Shown: piece by piece, positions 50,601 through 64,000 of the stretch
Numbering within the stretch: the first letter of the stretch is position 1
How the letters are laid out: every line of letters starts with the position of its first letter
Assembly: GCA_051362555.1 (NCBI GenBank)
Contig: CM120649.1
Location: 12,834,001-12,898,000, forward strand
Reading direction: 5' to 3'
Length of the DNA stretch: 64,000 bases
From: Lingula anatina
Taxonomy: Eukaryota > Animalia > Brachiopoda
The notes under the pieces: generated by a model
What the model saw: the letters and a program-made list of their open reading frames with translations, nothing else
Told to the model about the DNA's origin: nothing
The model's database searches: none
Program-made: the position numbers and the translations under genes

Positions 50601-53600
50601 TCTCAGTTTGCATCCCATGCAATCAAAATGACATCAGTAAGTTTGAATATAAGATACAGAGAGACAAAAAAGATGTATTCAAAAAATACACCAAAACAGA
50701 AACAATCCAAAGCAAAAGAATTCTTTCTAATTCATCACATTTCCCTTGCCTGTCATTCCACATTATGAAAATCGCCCTGTCCGGTGGCCGATTAAGTACT
50801 GCCCTGGAATTTGCATATTAACCTTTTCCAACTCGCCTTCCTGGCATAACCCTTTTTTCTCAAGTCAGGATCTTAATACGTAGCACTATCACCAGGAGTA
50901 TTCCAGAATCCATCTTCTTGGCCCACATAGACATAAAGTGAAAAATACCTGAGGATTTCTATCCTTAGACATCCAGCAAATGTCAATTCTCATTCATATC
51001 CTGTCTGGTTTTTATTGCAGCCCTTAGGTATGAATCCCAACTATAAAATCTACCAGTTGCCACTGCCTCGGAGGATAGTGCATATTCAGATTCCGTTGTC
51101 CTAACCTACGTAAAAGTTTAATCAACACGAATGTGAGGATTTGTACCGTGGCTCACGCAAGTGCTCCTTATTGTTTCTTTCTTTGTTTTCGTCAGTTCAG
51201 AGAAACCTTTCCGGCACAATTACACGATGTCATGACACCAGGTTAAGATGGGTGGGGGCTACGCGTGTGCACGTGCATCCGTGTTGTGACATGAAAAGCC
51301 CTGCCCAATAAAAGTCTACGCTTAACTACATAACAAAAAATTGAAAAACTAGAGAACACACTAAGAGCATTTTTTAAAGGAACTTTAAATTTTAAAAAGG
51401 AGGAAATTCTAGAAAAAAAAAAAACTAGCTGTAATGGATATGATAATGAATAAAAAGTAAGAGACCAGCTACATAAAAAGAAAGGTACGTCCATGACATT
51501 CCTACACAGTTAATCAGGCCAAGAGACCTAGAAACAGTTTGAACATGATTTGTAATTATAATTTGATTTTATGGCTTGATTAATTAAAGCTCAACATGTT
51601 CTTAAGCTACAGCAGTTTTTTTTTTATATCTATGGGGACCTCTAGTATAGGAGGACGTAAAAACTGCTAAAAGTACTCTTACTAGTAAGGTCCACTGTGG
51701 ATCATTCAAGCACACACGCACATATGCAATTAACAATGTATCCACAAGGGGATTTAAGATAAAAAACAAAGTTGTTTACTAGTATATCTATATTAACATT
51801 ATACCACAGGATTGATTTCAGTCCCAACACAAGCGTCATTACAACTTCGGTCATGTTTTTCTCTAAATCTATTGCAGTAAAGTATGAGCAAAATCTTAAA
51901 GTGCCTTTCAAGTTATAAATAACATGTAATATTTAAATTACCATTGTTTGATGAAAGAAGAGATAATTATTTTCTTCTCTCTTTGAAATTTCATAATTCT
52001 ACGTTCGTTATACAAATGACAAAGCCAATGTTAAACAATAAGCCAAAATGCATGTCTTGTTAAATGTTAACGAATTACATAATTAAGTCCATTTTCATTT
52101 AATAACTGTGTGAAATAACAACAAAAAGCAGTTTGTTATTTTTAAATCTTTAATTACCTTCATGAAGGACGAGGACTCATTATCCACATTTTATTATTAT
52201 TTTGTTGTTGCATAAAAGATATTTTTAAATCAAAATGTCATACACAGCAAAAGTGATTGCTTGTAAGAAACAAAGGATCCAGTACGGAAAATTTAACTCA
52301 GCTTTACTTGTTTTGAAAACTCTCTTCAAACTGTCTCCAAGAAGATATTCAAAAATTATAGTGTAGTATGTATGATAACTTTCCTGTATCTATTTTATTT
52401 GCCAACAACAGGCAAAATGTAAAAAAAATTATAATAAATATATAAACACACAGACTAAATAGAAATGAATTAATGGAAAAAAGAGGAATACGGTAGATAT
52501 TTCCATTTGATTCTGCCAAAAGATAATTCACCTGCAGCATTTGGCAGAAAAACTATGGGAACAGGTGTACTCGCGTGCTGCTACGCCACACATGTAACTA
52601 CACGAGCAGAGACTTTGAATCAGGCCAAAATAAAGCTTTAAACAAGTACTGTTGACAATGAGAAAATACGCATGTGAATGAGTAATGAAAGAAGAATGAT
52701 TAGCTTGTCCACTGATTGAATTTCTTGGCAAGAACAACAGAGAAAAGCACGTTTTACATGCGGGTCACATGCACACTCATGTGCTTGAAGATCCAGGAAA
52801 AGTGATAAAAAATAATAAAACCCTAGAATTATGCGGTGAAATAAGAGAGCCTTCATCCAGGGGCTTTTATCAACTTGTTCAAGATCTCAGCTTAATATCC
52901 TGATTTGGAAACTAACCCATTAATGTTTTACATCATTAATGATTGGGTTTATAGGATAAAATTGTAATAACCAAGCTGTCTTTCAGAACAATTCACAGGA
53001 TAGGAACCCTTACTATTTACATGTTTTTTTTTTCTTTTTGAACAGTTAAATCATTCTTTTATACAAATATACATGGAAAGAAAAGAGGAGTATAAGTAAG
53101 AAAAACAATAATTGTATTTGTGAAGATGAGAGAGAGGGAGAGAGAAAAAGAAAAGAAAGAGAGAGGGTCTCAAACTCACCTGCTTTCATGTCCTATCTCA
53201 GTTCTCAAATTAACTACACCAATGAACTTATCATTCAGAAATCACTAAGCACGTAACATTTTCCAGAAATGTTCTCTTCCTGATTAGATCAACCAAGACG
53301 ACAAATCGAGTGAAGCTTTTGACTGGATTATAAATCACTGATCTGACCTACTTCAGAACCCTGACCAAAATTCGAAGGAGAGATCAAAGGAGATTAAGCA
53401 ATCTACAAAAGAGGAAATCAAACCTCCCGACATCAACTGAAACTGATCTAATTAGAAGAAGTCCTTCATCTTTCATACATTGGCGAAAAAAATCACCACC
53501 ACCCCAGCAACAAAATTCTAATAAGTCATCGTTCACATTTAAATCTTTACCTTTCCTCGTGTTCCTCCCAAAAAATATCAGACTTATTTGATCCTTGTGT

Positions 53601-54574
53601 CCTATCTAACTAGGTTAAAAACTTAGTGTTAAACAAATTAAACTACAGGTATTTTGTGTACTTAACTGTATGTAACCCACCATGGAAAAACGAACATCCT
53701 GAAGGAAAAGTCAATAATTCCCACACTGTTCAATCACACATACCTTATCAGTGATAAATCAGACAACTATGTTAGCAAATGCGATACGCTCTGCCAGGTT
53801 ATTTACTCTCTATCTTTCTCTTACTCAGGGATATACAGGATACTGATGACAATCCATTTTGAAAATAAGCATGAACTGAACTTTTTTTTTTCTCCTTTTT
53901 TTTTTTGGCTACGTTTTTTGTTAAAAACAACTACTAAATTTGTCATATATATATGCTGTTTTAGAACCAGTGCTGTAAACAAGATATACTTCACTTACAA
54001 TATTTCAAAAGAAACCTCGAAATATGGGATGCAGTACCAAAGGGGAAAAGGGGAGGGGAGGGGGGTCTTTTCTCAGTAAACAGGAACAGGAAATTTATCA
54101 GGAAGTTTATCTACCTGTGCCACAGGTGACTGGTTAATTTTCACCTTAATCGCCACCAGAACTTGCCAAGGTACACGATTTAACTAATTAATATGTAACC
54201 CATACAGTTTCCTATGAATTCAGTAGTTCCCAAGAACTTACCAAGAGGCACACAAGTGGGAGAGCCATATGGAGTTTTTGATCTCATTACTAATACTTTT
54301 CTTTCAAAGCTTTAAATCCACTACCTTATCCACTGATAAAAATACTACCTTGTATATAAACAGGGTATGAATTTTCTTTTTCAGTTTTGATCTTTTCAAT
54401 GATTTGCATCACTGAACTGCCATAATGAATCTCTGAGTGTTAATTATTCCCCCTCCAAAAAATCATCCATAACTTAGCAAATTTAATCTTTTTCAACACA
54501 GCAAATAAATATATGAAAATTATCAAACACAATGCCAAAAACCTTCTACCGTTAGTTTATGTCTAACCTTGATG

Positions 54575-54615
<41 letters not shown>

Positions 54616-57600
54616 CACTTACCCAGATCATCAGACTTGGGCCTGGGTTTTTCCATACAGCGCCTGGGTCCGTTCTCTTCCCAAATGTCATTGGTCCAGT
54701 TGGAAAGGTAGTCGGACTTTGGGCGTTCCTTGGTGGAAGGAGGCGACTCTCGGAGCAGAATGTCATCTCCCTGTAAACAATTACAAGATATGCTATGAAC
54801 TCAATTTGTTGACTTTAGTTCAAAGTACTATAATCAAATAGATAATTAAAATAAATAAATAAAATGAAAATTAATTTAAAATAAAAAATAAAATAATTCT
54901 CTTAAATATTACTGCCTACAAAATTTGACAAAATAATATTTATTCAATTTCACTCAAAGTTGACATTTGGCTTATTGAAAAAATGCTGAGATAGATCAAG
55001 TGTTTGAACCCAAAAATTGGTTTACTGATAAAAAAAATTAACGCATCATGTAACAAGATGTCATTTTCCTAAGTCAAGACTTCAGCTTCAGAAAGTGCAT
55101 GTATATGAATGTGCATGCTAGTGTACCTGAACTTGCATGTAGGTAATTATTACTTATTATACTGGATCTAACCATACACTCTGCCCTATTCTTCTCTTCC
55201 TACTAAAACTGCTCTAGGGGCAATATGAAACCAAAAAGTATGTGCCATAGGGCATCAAATGTTTCATATCCTGATGTGGGGCCTTCAAATAATGACAAAG
55301 GGTTTGGCACATGGATTAATGTAGAAACCTAATGCATTAGTCTCTCTGTCAAAGTGTAGGGGCCCTGAAGGAATAGCTTTGCTATGACAATATCCTTGAA
55401 GCATGGATAATGAAATTCAACTGGAAAAAAGCTTGGAAGAAAGGGTGGCTTGACCTTTGGTGCAATTATAATGAGCAATTAAATACCTCTTTTCAATTAT
55501 ATAGACTTACTATGTTATTAACAAGTAAAAAGGAAACAAAACCCAACCAACGACCTCTTTTCGACCTCTTTTCAATTACGTGTCTGTTATCAAATCTTTA
55601 CAAAGAAAAGTTAGGTAACATTCTGACCAAAAGCCAAAGTGGAAAAATCTACCTTAAGGCATACCTATTTAACTTCCGGATTCTTATGTCAAAGTCATGT
55701 CACAACAAGAATATACCATAATAATGCAAAAAATGTCAAATCTGCAGTGCAAATCTTTTAACTTCTACACGATTTTTAATAGCACTATCTTAAAGTTTAT
55801 AAGTTGCTTTTTTCCAAAAACATATTTATGTTAAGTTCTTAACATTCCTTAAATTTCCAAATAGCTGACACCAGTCAAATATATAAAGAAAGAAATTTTT
55901 ACTCAGGTGTGACTTTATCAGTAATTTTAAAAAAAATCACAATAATATTAATAAACAATTTATACAACAAAGCAGTGATAAACCAGCTTAAAATGCACAT
56001 TGGTCATCAAATTCTGGTGGTCCTAGAGAACTGCCTAAAAATTGAGAAAAACTGCAACACAGCAGTCTCTAGGAGTTGAGTGTGTTAGAGAAGCACTTAG
56101 GTATACAAGTGTTATCACATTGTGTTGGGTGTGACATCACAACATGGAACAATCACCCCAACTGAACTGATTTATCAGGCAGTGGAGCACAGGATGCTTA
56201 AACTGAAGAAAAAACTTGATATTTCACAAACTTGTCCTTAATAAAATTATTGCTTTTCTTTCATTTTTTATTAATATAAAATGACAGTAGTATTGCCCTC
56301 TATTTAATTCGTCTCTTCAGAATTTTACACAATGTCCAACTGCTATGTCAGCTGGTGTTCAGCATGCACAGGAAATCATCCACTTTTTCTTCATGAAACT
56401 TTTAGAGAATTTTGAATATATGTATTCCCCTAATTCCATTGTTTCCAATAACTAAATATGCAATCACATTCTTTGCCTTTCAAAGTTATGTACATGAGAA
56501 ATTATTTATGTTTTATACACCCAATTTCTTTAAAAGGAGCATGGGCATTTGAAAGTGACCAATTTTATTGGAGCTTCTCCAACACAGACACAAAAGCATT
56601 GGCCAACACGGATGCTAAAAGAATGAACAGGCAAAACTTGGCAAATGAGTATGCCAAGGAATTACCAGAGCAGAAATTCACTGGCAAATGGTTATTTCAC
56701 TTCTGCATATAAATTACTGTGTTATGCATAGAAAGCTTCACAGTGGAAAGAAATATTTTTTTCTGTGTAAATCATCAAAAGGTGTTAGAGCTATTATTTC
56801 TATGTTCATATATCACACTATAAGTACATAGCATCTAGTAAGAAGTGCAATACTCTGCCTGCTGCAACAAACATTTCTTGCTGAAGCAGCAAGGTGCAGA
56901 AAATTATTCTACTTTACCCAAATCAATTTTGTTTTTACAAGTATGGAGGGGGGACAGGGGTTGAAGACGGGAGGGTTAGAGACCACCCTTTTGGCCAGGA
57001 AAAAAAATTACACTTTCAACTTAATCCAGATCTCTTATTATCTTTAAAAATAATAAATCAGTTTAATTGGTTAAACAATATCAATTTCATTTCTGTATTG
57101 GTAGAGGTCAATATGATGGAGTGGTCTTTAGTTACGAATTGTAACCACACACTGTGCAAGTTATGTTGTCCCAACTTAAATGGAACTGCAGCCTTAGTTC
57201 AGATGTATGCTGTTATTCAAGCATGTTAATTTGTTATTGCTGCATGCAAAAGAGAAATATAATGATAAGCACTACAAATGAACTGTTACTAGATTATCCA
57301 TTTGCAATCAATATCAAAACAGACTGCAATCACTACGAGGGTGCTATCTCACAGCAATTGGAACACGAACTTACTTTGAGTGACTCGCTGCTAGACAACA
57401 CGCTGTCTTGAATGATTCCACTGTCGCTACTGCCACTATTTGATGCTGCCACTTCCTGTCTCACCATGGCAGCCATTTTTTCCAGCTCAGCCAATGGAAT
57501 GTGGCTACTTTTCCTTCTTCGTGGCTGACCTTCCTCGGCGCCGTCTGCTGCAGATTTGGAAGAATCCCTTCTAGACGGACTTTCAGTTGTTTCTGAGGTA

Positions 57601-59300
57601 ATAAGGTGATGAACATCATGTGATAAACGTTTCAATCCCCCAACATTTTCTGTCGTGTCTTCCTGACCCAGGTCCGCTGAATCGAAAGTATTTCCACGCT
57701 GTTTACCGAAAGCAGATCGACGTGACCTGACTACAGGGCTGCTTATTGCAGTGCTCTCCTCTGAAGGTTTCACACAAGGCTTAGGACTACTGGGTCGAGG
57801 TGGTTGTTCAAAAAGAGACACTGGGGCCAGCGAACTCGCTCCCCCTCCTCCAATACCGCCATATGTGGAGTGACTCCGTATAGGCGGATGGAGAAGAGAG
57901 TCTTCAATCTGTTTTTTAATCTCCGGGGATATAGTCCCCGTGCTGTTGAAATTTCCAATAGTTTTGCTCCGTCGATGTCTCATACTTTTGCTCCGCGGAG
58001 CCCCTGGATATAATCCTATGTCGTCATCCTCCTCACTGAATGTCACGATGGGACTCAAATGTCCCAGCTCATCAGAATTCTCGGAAAAAACTCCACTGGT
58101 TTTGGGCGAGTACCCTGGCAGTAGTGTCAGACTGGGCGAAGTTGGGACAGAATTTGAAACTCTTGGCAGACTCTCACCAAATTTGTGCCCATTTCTAGGG
58201 GTGGAATCGACAATGAGATTTTTCAAACGCTCCCGCCTTTTATCCTGAAAAGATCGACTTTTGCCAAACATCCTTCGAAATATCCCAGGGCTTTTTGGGC
58301 TTCCCACTGGCGACTCTTGTATAAGATCCTCGATACGAGGTGACCCTGCAGAGTAAATAATGTCACTCACTGGTGACTCAATTTGTTCTCTACCCTCTGG
58401 AAGAGGCGATAAATGCGTTGGCGAAAGAGGGGACCCTGTCTTCACATCAACATCAGCATCCCGGGATTCGGGACTTGTAGGTTTGGGTGAACTGCAACTA
58501 TTACTGTCAATTACATCCACCTTCTGGGCCTCTTTAAAGCTCTTGCTTCGTGTACGGTTCAGTAACGAGGACACTTCATCATCCTGGGTGGCCAATGATA
58601 ACCTGGTCATCCGGTTGTCCAGTTCTGAATCGGTCAGCGATTTGACCTCCCGGTTGGACTTTGACCTCATCAATTTTTCCCGTTTTGCTCGTAGCCGATT
58701 CATTGCTGGACTTTCCTTGTTCGGCAAAGACAGGATGATTCGTCGATTAATATCCAATGGACTAATTAACTTACTTGTTTTTTTATCACTAGAAAAAGTT
58801 TCTAGGTCATCATAATTATTTCCATTAAAATCCAATGAGGCACTGCTTTTTCCACTTTCTGCCTTGTCTCCCACAAAGAAATTCACCTTGGGCGAGGATC
58901 CTCCTTCCTCGGAATCCTCATCAAACAAATCCTCCTCCTCCTCCTCTTCTATTGAGGTATATCCTCCTCGACTGGAAACCTGGAAAAGCCTGGTGAACTC
59001 CTTAACGCTTCCATCAGAATCAAAACTGGTCTCCTTCCTCGTCACCAAGAGTGAGTTTGTGGGGAGACTGTAACTCCGGCGATATTTGTACACTGTGGAG
59101 TCCGAGTGGTTCTGCCTGGTTAGGCCACGAGGCGTAGCTGTAGGAGTAGTATTACCAGCGACCCTGGTTGACCCAATAGTCGTAGGAATGGATGTAGTGG
59201 TCCTTCTCCTACCAGTGACTCTCCTACCAGAGGAAGATGTAGGTATGTCCCTACAGCTGATGTCTCCTGGACTAGAGCCTATAGACTTTTCCTCTACCAC
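39066..59300 (-). CDS. ARHGEF4: Rho guanine nucleotide exchange factor of the ARHGEF4 (Asef)/SPATA13/ARHGEF9 (collybistin) family: long Ser/Pro-rich N-terminus, SH3, DH, PH; first exon not resolved
   Basis: Exons 59300-57375, 54770-54623, 47811-47654, 46745-46598, 46232-46051, 43299-43120 (SH3: [36 protein letters not shown]...GWFPAAFVR), 42653-42462 ([22 protein letters not shown]), 42299-42120, 41798-41694 ([12 protein letters not shown]), 41289-41032 ([24 protein letters not shown]), 40624-40496 (PH: [12 protein letters not shown]), 40167-40083, 39779-39525, 39229-39066. All are phase-consistent. Confidence 0.92.
44775..45080. repeat. Intronic minisatellite, about 4 copies of a ~75-80-bp unit
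   Basis: Recurring ccacaat(t)ccaaggacagtttgaagaaaaaa...agtcatttgtgtcttatatgtattttag. Confidence 0.9.
57375..59300 (-). CDS. Giant (1926-nt) internal exon of the RhoGEF, encoding a low-complexity Ser/Pro/Arg-rich region
   Basis: Preceded by ttgttcag and ends AAA|gtaagt. Corresponds to the 655-aa ORF, whose 'start' GTG is simply the first codon after the acceptor. Confidence 0.85.
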
Positions 59301-61142
59301 CTGAACAATGAGAAGCAGATGATATATGCAGTGTTAGTAACAGCCCAGTCAAGTCAATAATACACTGGTTCATATGTGGTCAGTTATACCAAGTCAGTGT
59401 CTTACAAGTGGTCAGTCTGTTAAATAAATAGCCATAACCATCACCATAGCCATGCAGGTGAATAGCCAGCCCATGCCCTCTCTCTCTAGGTCAGTAGCCA
59501 GTTATAATGCAAGAAGTATGTTAACACAGCAATACAGACTCATCACAGTCAGACAGGTTCTCATGTGCAATTTTGCCATTTAGGTTCTGCTCAATAAGTA
59601 TCAATTTTTAAGCCCATAGTTTGAAATTCAGAAAATGTACATCATAAATTGGAAGAAATATTTTTTGAATTAATGAAAAACAAAGTAAATAAATAAAATT
59701 TAAAAAGTAAATAAGAAAATATAGGCACCCACATGTTGGAATAGACTCATCCAACTCATGTAATATTACATGCAACTGGACTAGCCCATCTTACATCAAA
59801 AGGGGTGATAGGTGATCAGAATGTCTTATCTTTTATCATGCCCTAAAATTTCAGTTCATGAAGTTGTTAGTCAACTTGTTCCCTAGTTACAAAATCAAAA
59901 ATATATGACAAACTAACTAATTTTCTTTATACTTCTAGAAGTTTCTGGACAGCAGAAAACATATGGGAATTCAAGGGAAATGCAAATCTTCAGTGCCAAT
60001 TTTTATCTTTGTTAGACAAGAATAGAAAGCAGACGTTGTCATCAATTTTGCAGACGACTTCATGAATGAGAACATGTCTGGTAAGTGCTGCAACTGTCGA
60101 TATTGCTGGCTTCTGACCAAGGGGGTAGATTAACACATATACAAGTACATATATGCAATACATACCCACATATACAAATACATATACAGTACCCCATGCA
60201 TCAGAGACTTAAAATTTATTTTGAAATTCAATATTTACAAATTTCGATTTTTTTTTAATACTAGAGCCTTTCATTATGGCCAAACAACACCCACATCAGG
60301 GAATTATTTGATTATTTTCTCAAAAACATTCTGGCACTTTCTAAGTTATGTATGATACATGGTTTTTCAATTTCTGAAGTAGAAAAAGAAAACTAGCAAA
60401 AAAACAGGATGAGAAATAATGAAACTGGGATCATTTCGGCTAAAAAACTGAAAATTTTCAATTATCCTCTGAAGCACAGGGTACAGCACTGAAGCAATTA
60501 TCTGATATACCAATCAACATAACTCAATAAGTCAACTGAATAAGCTAAATGCACCTGCTATTTAATCAAATACACATGCATACAAACTCCTAGAAACAAA
60601 ACTCAATATAAAATACAATGATGACTTGGTGAGAAACACAGCAGGGTCACTGAAGAAAGGGGTATAAATTGCTTCATGCAGAGACTAGAAGGGTTTTGTT
60701 GAAAATTAGATGGAATGTGCCACCTGTAAATATTGTATTTGATAAATGAAACTCAATCAGAAAGTTTTAGAACAATGCAATACTTGGAGAAAAACATGGG
60801 AATGGGGGTGGGGGTGGGGTGCACTTAACAGGGAGGTAAATATTTAACCATTTTGAAAAAAAAATTATGAATAAATCAAGAATGTAATATTCTGGGTGAA
60901 ACAGTAATCAAAAGTAAAAAAAAAAAGTCTTGGTTCAAGAACAGAAAACTCACAGCAATAACGTCACAACAGGAACAAAGTAATTAAATTACTTTGCAGA
61001 CCTGTTTGGCCCTTGTTTGTAAGGAAATAAATGCTAGAACATACAAAGAAAACTACAGTATGCTTAATCCTTTCATCTTGATTACCACAAGGAAGGCATC
61101 CATCAAGTATTTAGTTATTTCTGGATCCCACTTCTTCACTCC

Positions 61143-61185
<43 letters not shown>

Positions 61186-64000
61186 TCCCAAACATATACA
61201 CACCATCATGTACATCAGTGAATTTTACTGGAAATAAATACACTTATTACAGTAGAATATTTGCCCAAATGCATACAATGGCAAACTTATCTCAAACAAT
61301 ACATTCCAACCTCATAACTTGAAAGATTAGCACTTTAAACCCTTATAAAAGACGTAACCTCAGCATTAAAGACAATACTAGTACTCATTTTAGTGCGAAC
61401 GAGGCAGAAATCTCATCTAAGACCCCAGCTTTTGCCACCTTTGAAAATGTTGTAGAGCACTTAATCTGGGATCATGCTTTAAAGCTGTCAGCCTGATGTT
61501 AGGTCACAATACAGACTAATTAATTTACAATGATCAAAGCAACAGCTCTGCAAGGTGCTACACATTTTCCAACACAATAGCATATCTGGATATAAGAGCA
61601 ATCTCCATACGTATACTCACAATGGTCCGGCTCTGAAATTTTGCTTCAGCCTACATATAAATCCACCTAAGCACTAAGGGCAAATTTTCCATCAAGACTT
61701 TTGTATCTTATTTATGTTTGTTGCCTTGGTCACAGAAGGTTCTGATTAATAAATAACCTCCGAGTCCAGCAAGTCTGTACTTTTAATATGAGTAATTACC
61801 ATCATTAAATAATTTCTCTGAAAAAAAAATCTAAATTTATCAAATACTACTAATTGCTTGGATAATAGTCTTGAATAGGTAAGTCTCATTTTCATCATGT
61901 TCTGTTTCTGAATTTTTCTACCTCAAAAAATGAAGAGAAAAAAATACAATGGTCCATTAACAGATGGAATTTTGGAGAAACTGGCATAAAATATGACCCC
62001 AGTTCCTATAACATTTCTCTGCAAGCATGACATAATGTCTCTCTTGCTACTCGAATTTCAAAATTGGACATTACAATAGCCATGGTTCATTTAACTCGTA
62101 GCAGGGAATATAGCATTAGAAGGCGTTTCACATGAGAGCTTTAACCCCACAATTGGTCTCAACTTTTAGCCCAAAATTCAAGTCTACATTGACCTAAAAC
62201 GGATCCGTAATAGCTCAATAAAATTAGTTCACATTTGATTTGCTGCAAAAATGATGCAGTAATTGCTTCAGTTCAACAGCTCCTTTATTTAAGAAGTCCA
62301 CTAAGGATTTATCTTGAGATAAACTACACACACTTTCCATCTTTACATTTAGACCACTGTTCAGGCTTAACTAGTTATTGTCTGACCACAGCTCAACTTT
62401 CAGCTATTAGCTTAAGTTGAAGAAAAAATTAATGCTCCTCAAATTACTATTTTCCTTACTGGACCTTAAAAATAATTCATGGTTCAACAGATGGCCGCTA
62501 ATTATAATAAAGTTGCAAATAATATCTTAATACCATTTCTTGGAAAGGGAAGAAATTTATTGTATCTTATAAAAAGTAATGATATCTTTAATCTTAGTTT
62601 ATACATCACCATGGCAACACATTAAGGAAAGGGTCCAATGGAGAAGAGGTCTACAAATCAAATCATTCATTTCACAATAACTTGCTAACAGTTTTTGAAA
62701 TTCGGAACAACAGAAGTCCTTTCTACCTGTATCTCATTGTTTACCGCAGGCTATCTTCAAAGTGGATGCGGCCAAATTTCTTGTTAAACCCTCACTCCTT
62801 GCCCATAGGGCCGCAAACAAGACAAAGACAAATTGGAACACTTCATCAGCGTACCAACTCCAAAGTTTGCATAATCCTCCTCAAAACGGGGACAAAACTT
62901 CCTTCACCAGAGCAAGCTTGAGAGGACGCCATTTCTACTGCAATCAAGTCCATCCCCACCCCCATTCAAGGTGTTACCAAATTACATTGTCAAGGGCAGG
63001 AGGGCCGTTACTTCCCATTGCATAAGACAGTACACAGGAGCATCCAGCGTGAGGATGAATTGCCTTAATCAACGCATCAGATCTACAAGAAATTACATCA
63101 CTTGTAAACAAACCCTAAATGGCGCCATTTCCATTCCGCCCAAGGCTAATCCCCTTCCCCTTAGGGCTGGGGAAAAAATAAGAGTCCATTATTTAATGAC
63201 CCTTCCAACAATAACCTGAGGATTTTGTTTTGGTCAGATATAAACAAACTAAACAATATACGGTTCTGCTACGTGAAAAATTGACGCAAGAGGGATTTGG
63301 AAAATTATCAAGCTGTGAACTGTATTTGTTGTGTTACGATTTTGAGGATTTGTGGAAAAATGGAGGTTTTAACCTCATTTATAAATTGATCGCTTCATAA
63401 ACTGGAAGTGGCTCGAGGTGTTGAAGTGACCACTTTTAACTTTACACAATGCATAGGATTAAATATTGTTGTATTTGGGGGCTGGTTTGAAACTGGGGAA
63501 TAATGCCTTTTTGACCCTATTTGTAAATTAGCATCTGCACGTGTGTCAACAAAACCAGCGCCCATGAAAAAATGTACATTGTTGAAACAGAAGTCAGGAT
63601 GGGGTTTCTTTTCACTATTTATTTGCCACTGGTTCTCGCCAACAATTTCATGGCTTTTGTTGGGAATATTCATAACTAGGTCAATCAAGATTATAAATAC
63701 TTAATAATGCCATCAAAACAATTTTCAAACATTGTGACATTTTGGGCGAAAGCCAAATTCCAAAGAACAATCTTGTATATACATGGTTTGTTTACATAAA
63801 ACTGTTACAGTAAACAAACTTTGGATATATATACAAGAATGTTATACCTTTAAACAAAAATTTAACTTTTAAGTTACAAAAAATCCTAATTCAATCATAC
63901 GATAATCATCCAGTAGCTTTGTTTTGAGGACTTTTATTTGTCAAATTCAAATTAGAAAAACAAACAGTTTCTCCCATCAAAGTCAAAAATACAATAATAA

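Noticed and set aside
57770-59304. Overlapping plus-strand and alternate-frame ORFs
   Set aside because: They are by-products of the GC-richer giant RhoGEF exon.

Overview
This is AT-rich invertebrate animal genomic DNA with spliceosomal introns; the Helentron-type repeats hint at a marine lophotrochozoan, but the taxon cannot be fixed from the sequence. Four host genes were reconstructed by hand. (1) An intronless RING/B-box/B-box/coiled-coil/NHL TRIM gene on the minus strand runs off the left edge and is missing from the ORF track. (2) A 22-exon CatSper-delta (CATSPERD/TMEM146) gene lies on the minus strand at 2985-33479. (3) A 4-exon orphan coiled-coil gene sits head-to-head with CATSPERD across a 214-bp promoter containing a CRE. 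(4) A large SH3-DH-PH RhoGEF of the ARHGEF4/ARHGEF9/SPATA13 family is on the minus strand, with several candidate alternative first exons. CATSPERD introns carry many transposons: a decayed 5.2-kb Kolobok with a nested LINE fragment, two hAT-like MITEs with 5- and 6-bp TSDs, a 4.5-kb Helentron/HINE holding a higher-order satellite, and a young Ty3/Gypsy element. A third MITE of the same type lies in the orphan gene. The most unusual item is the Gypsy element. It has near-identical LTRs and an intact RT-RNaseH-integrase, but its single ORF fuses an RRM-like Gag N-terminus directly to RT, with no capsid, zinc knuckle or protease. All coordinates and homology calls were made by eye, without database searches.
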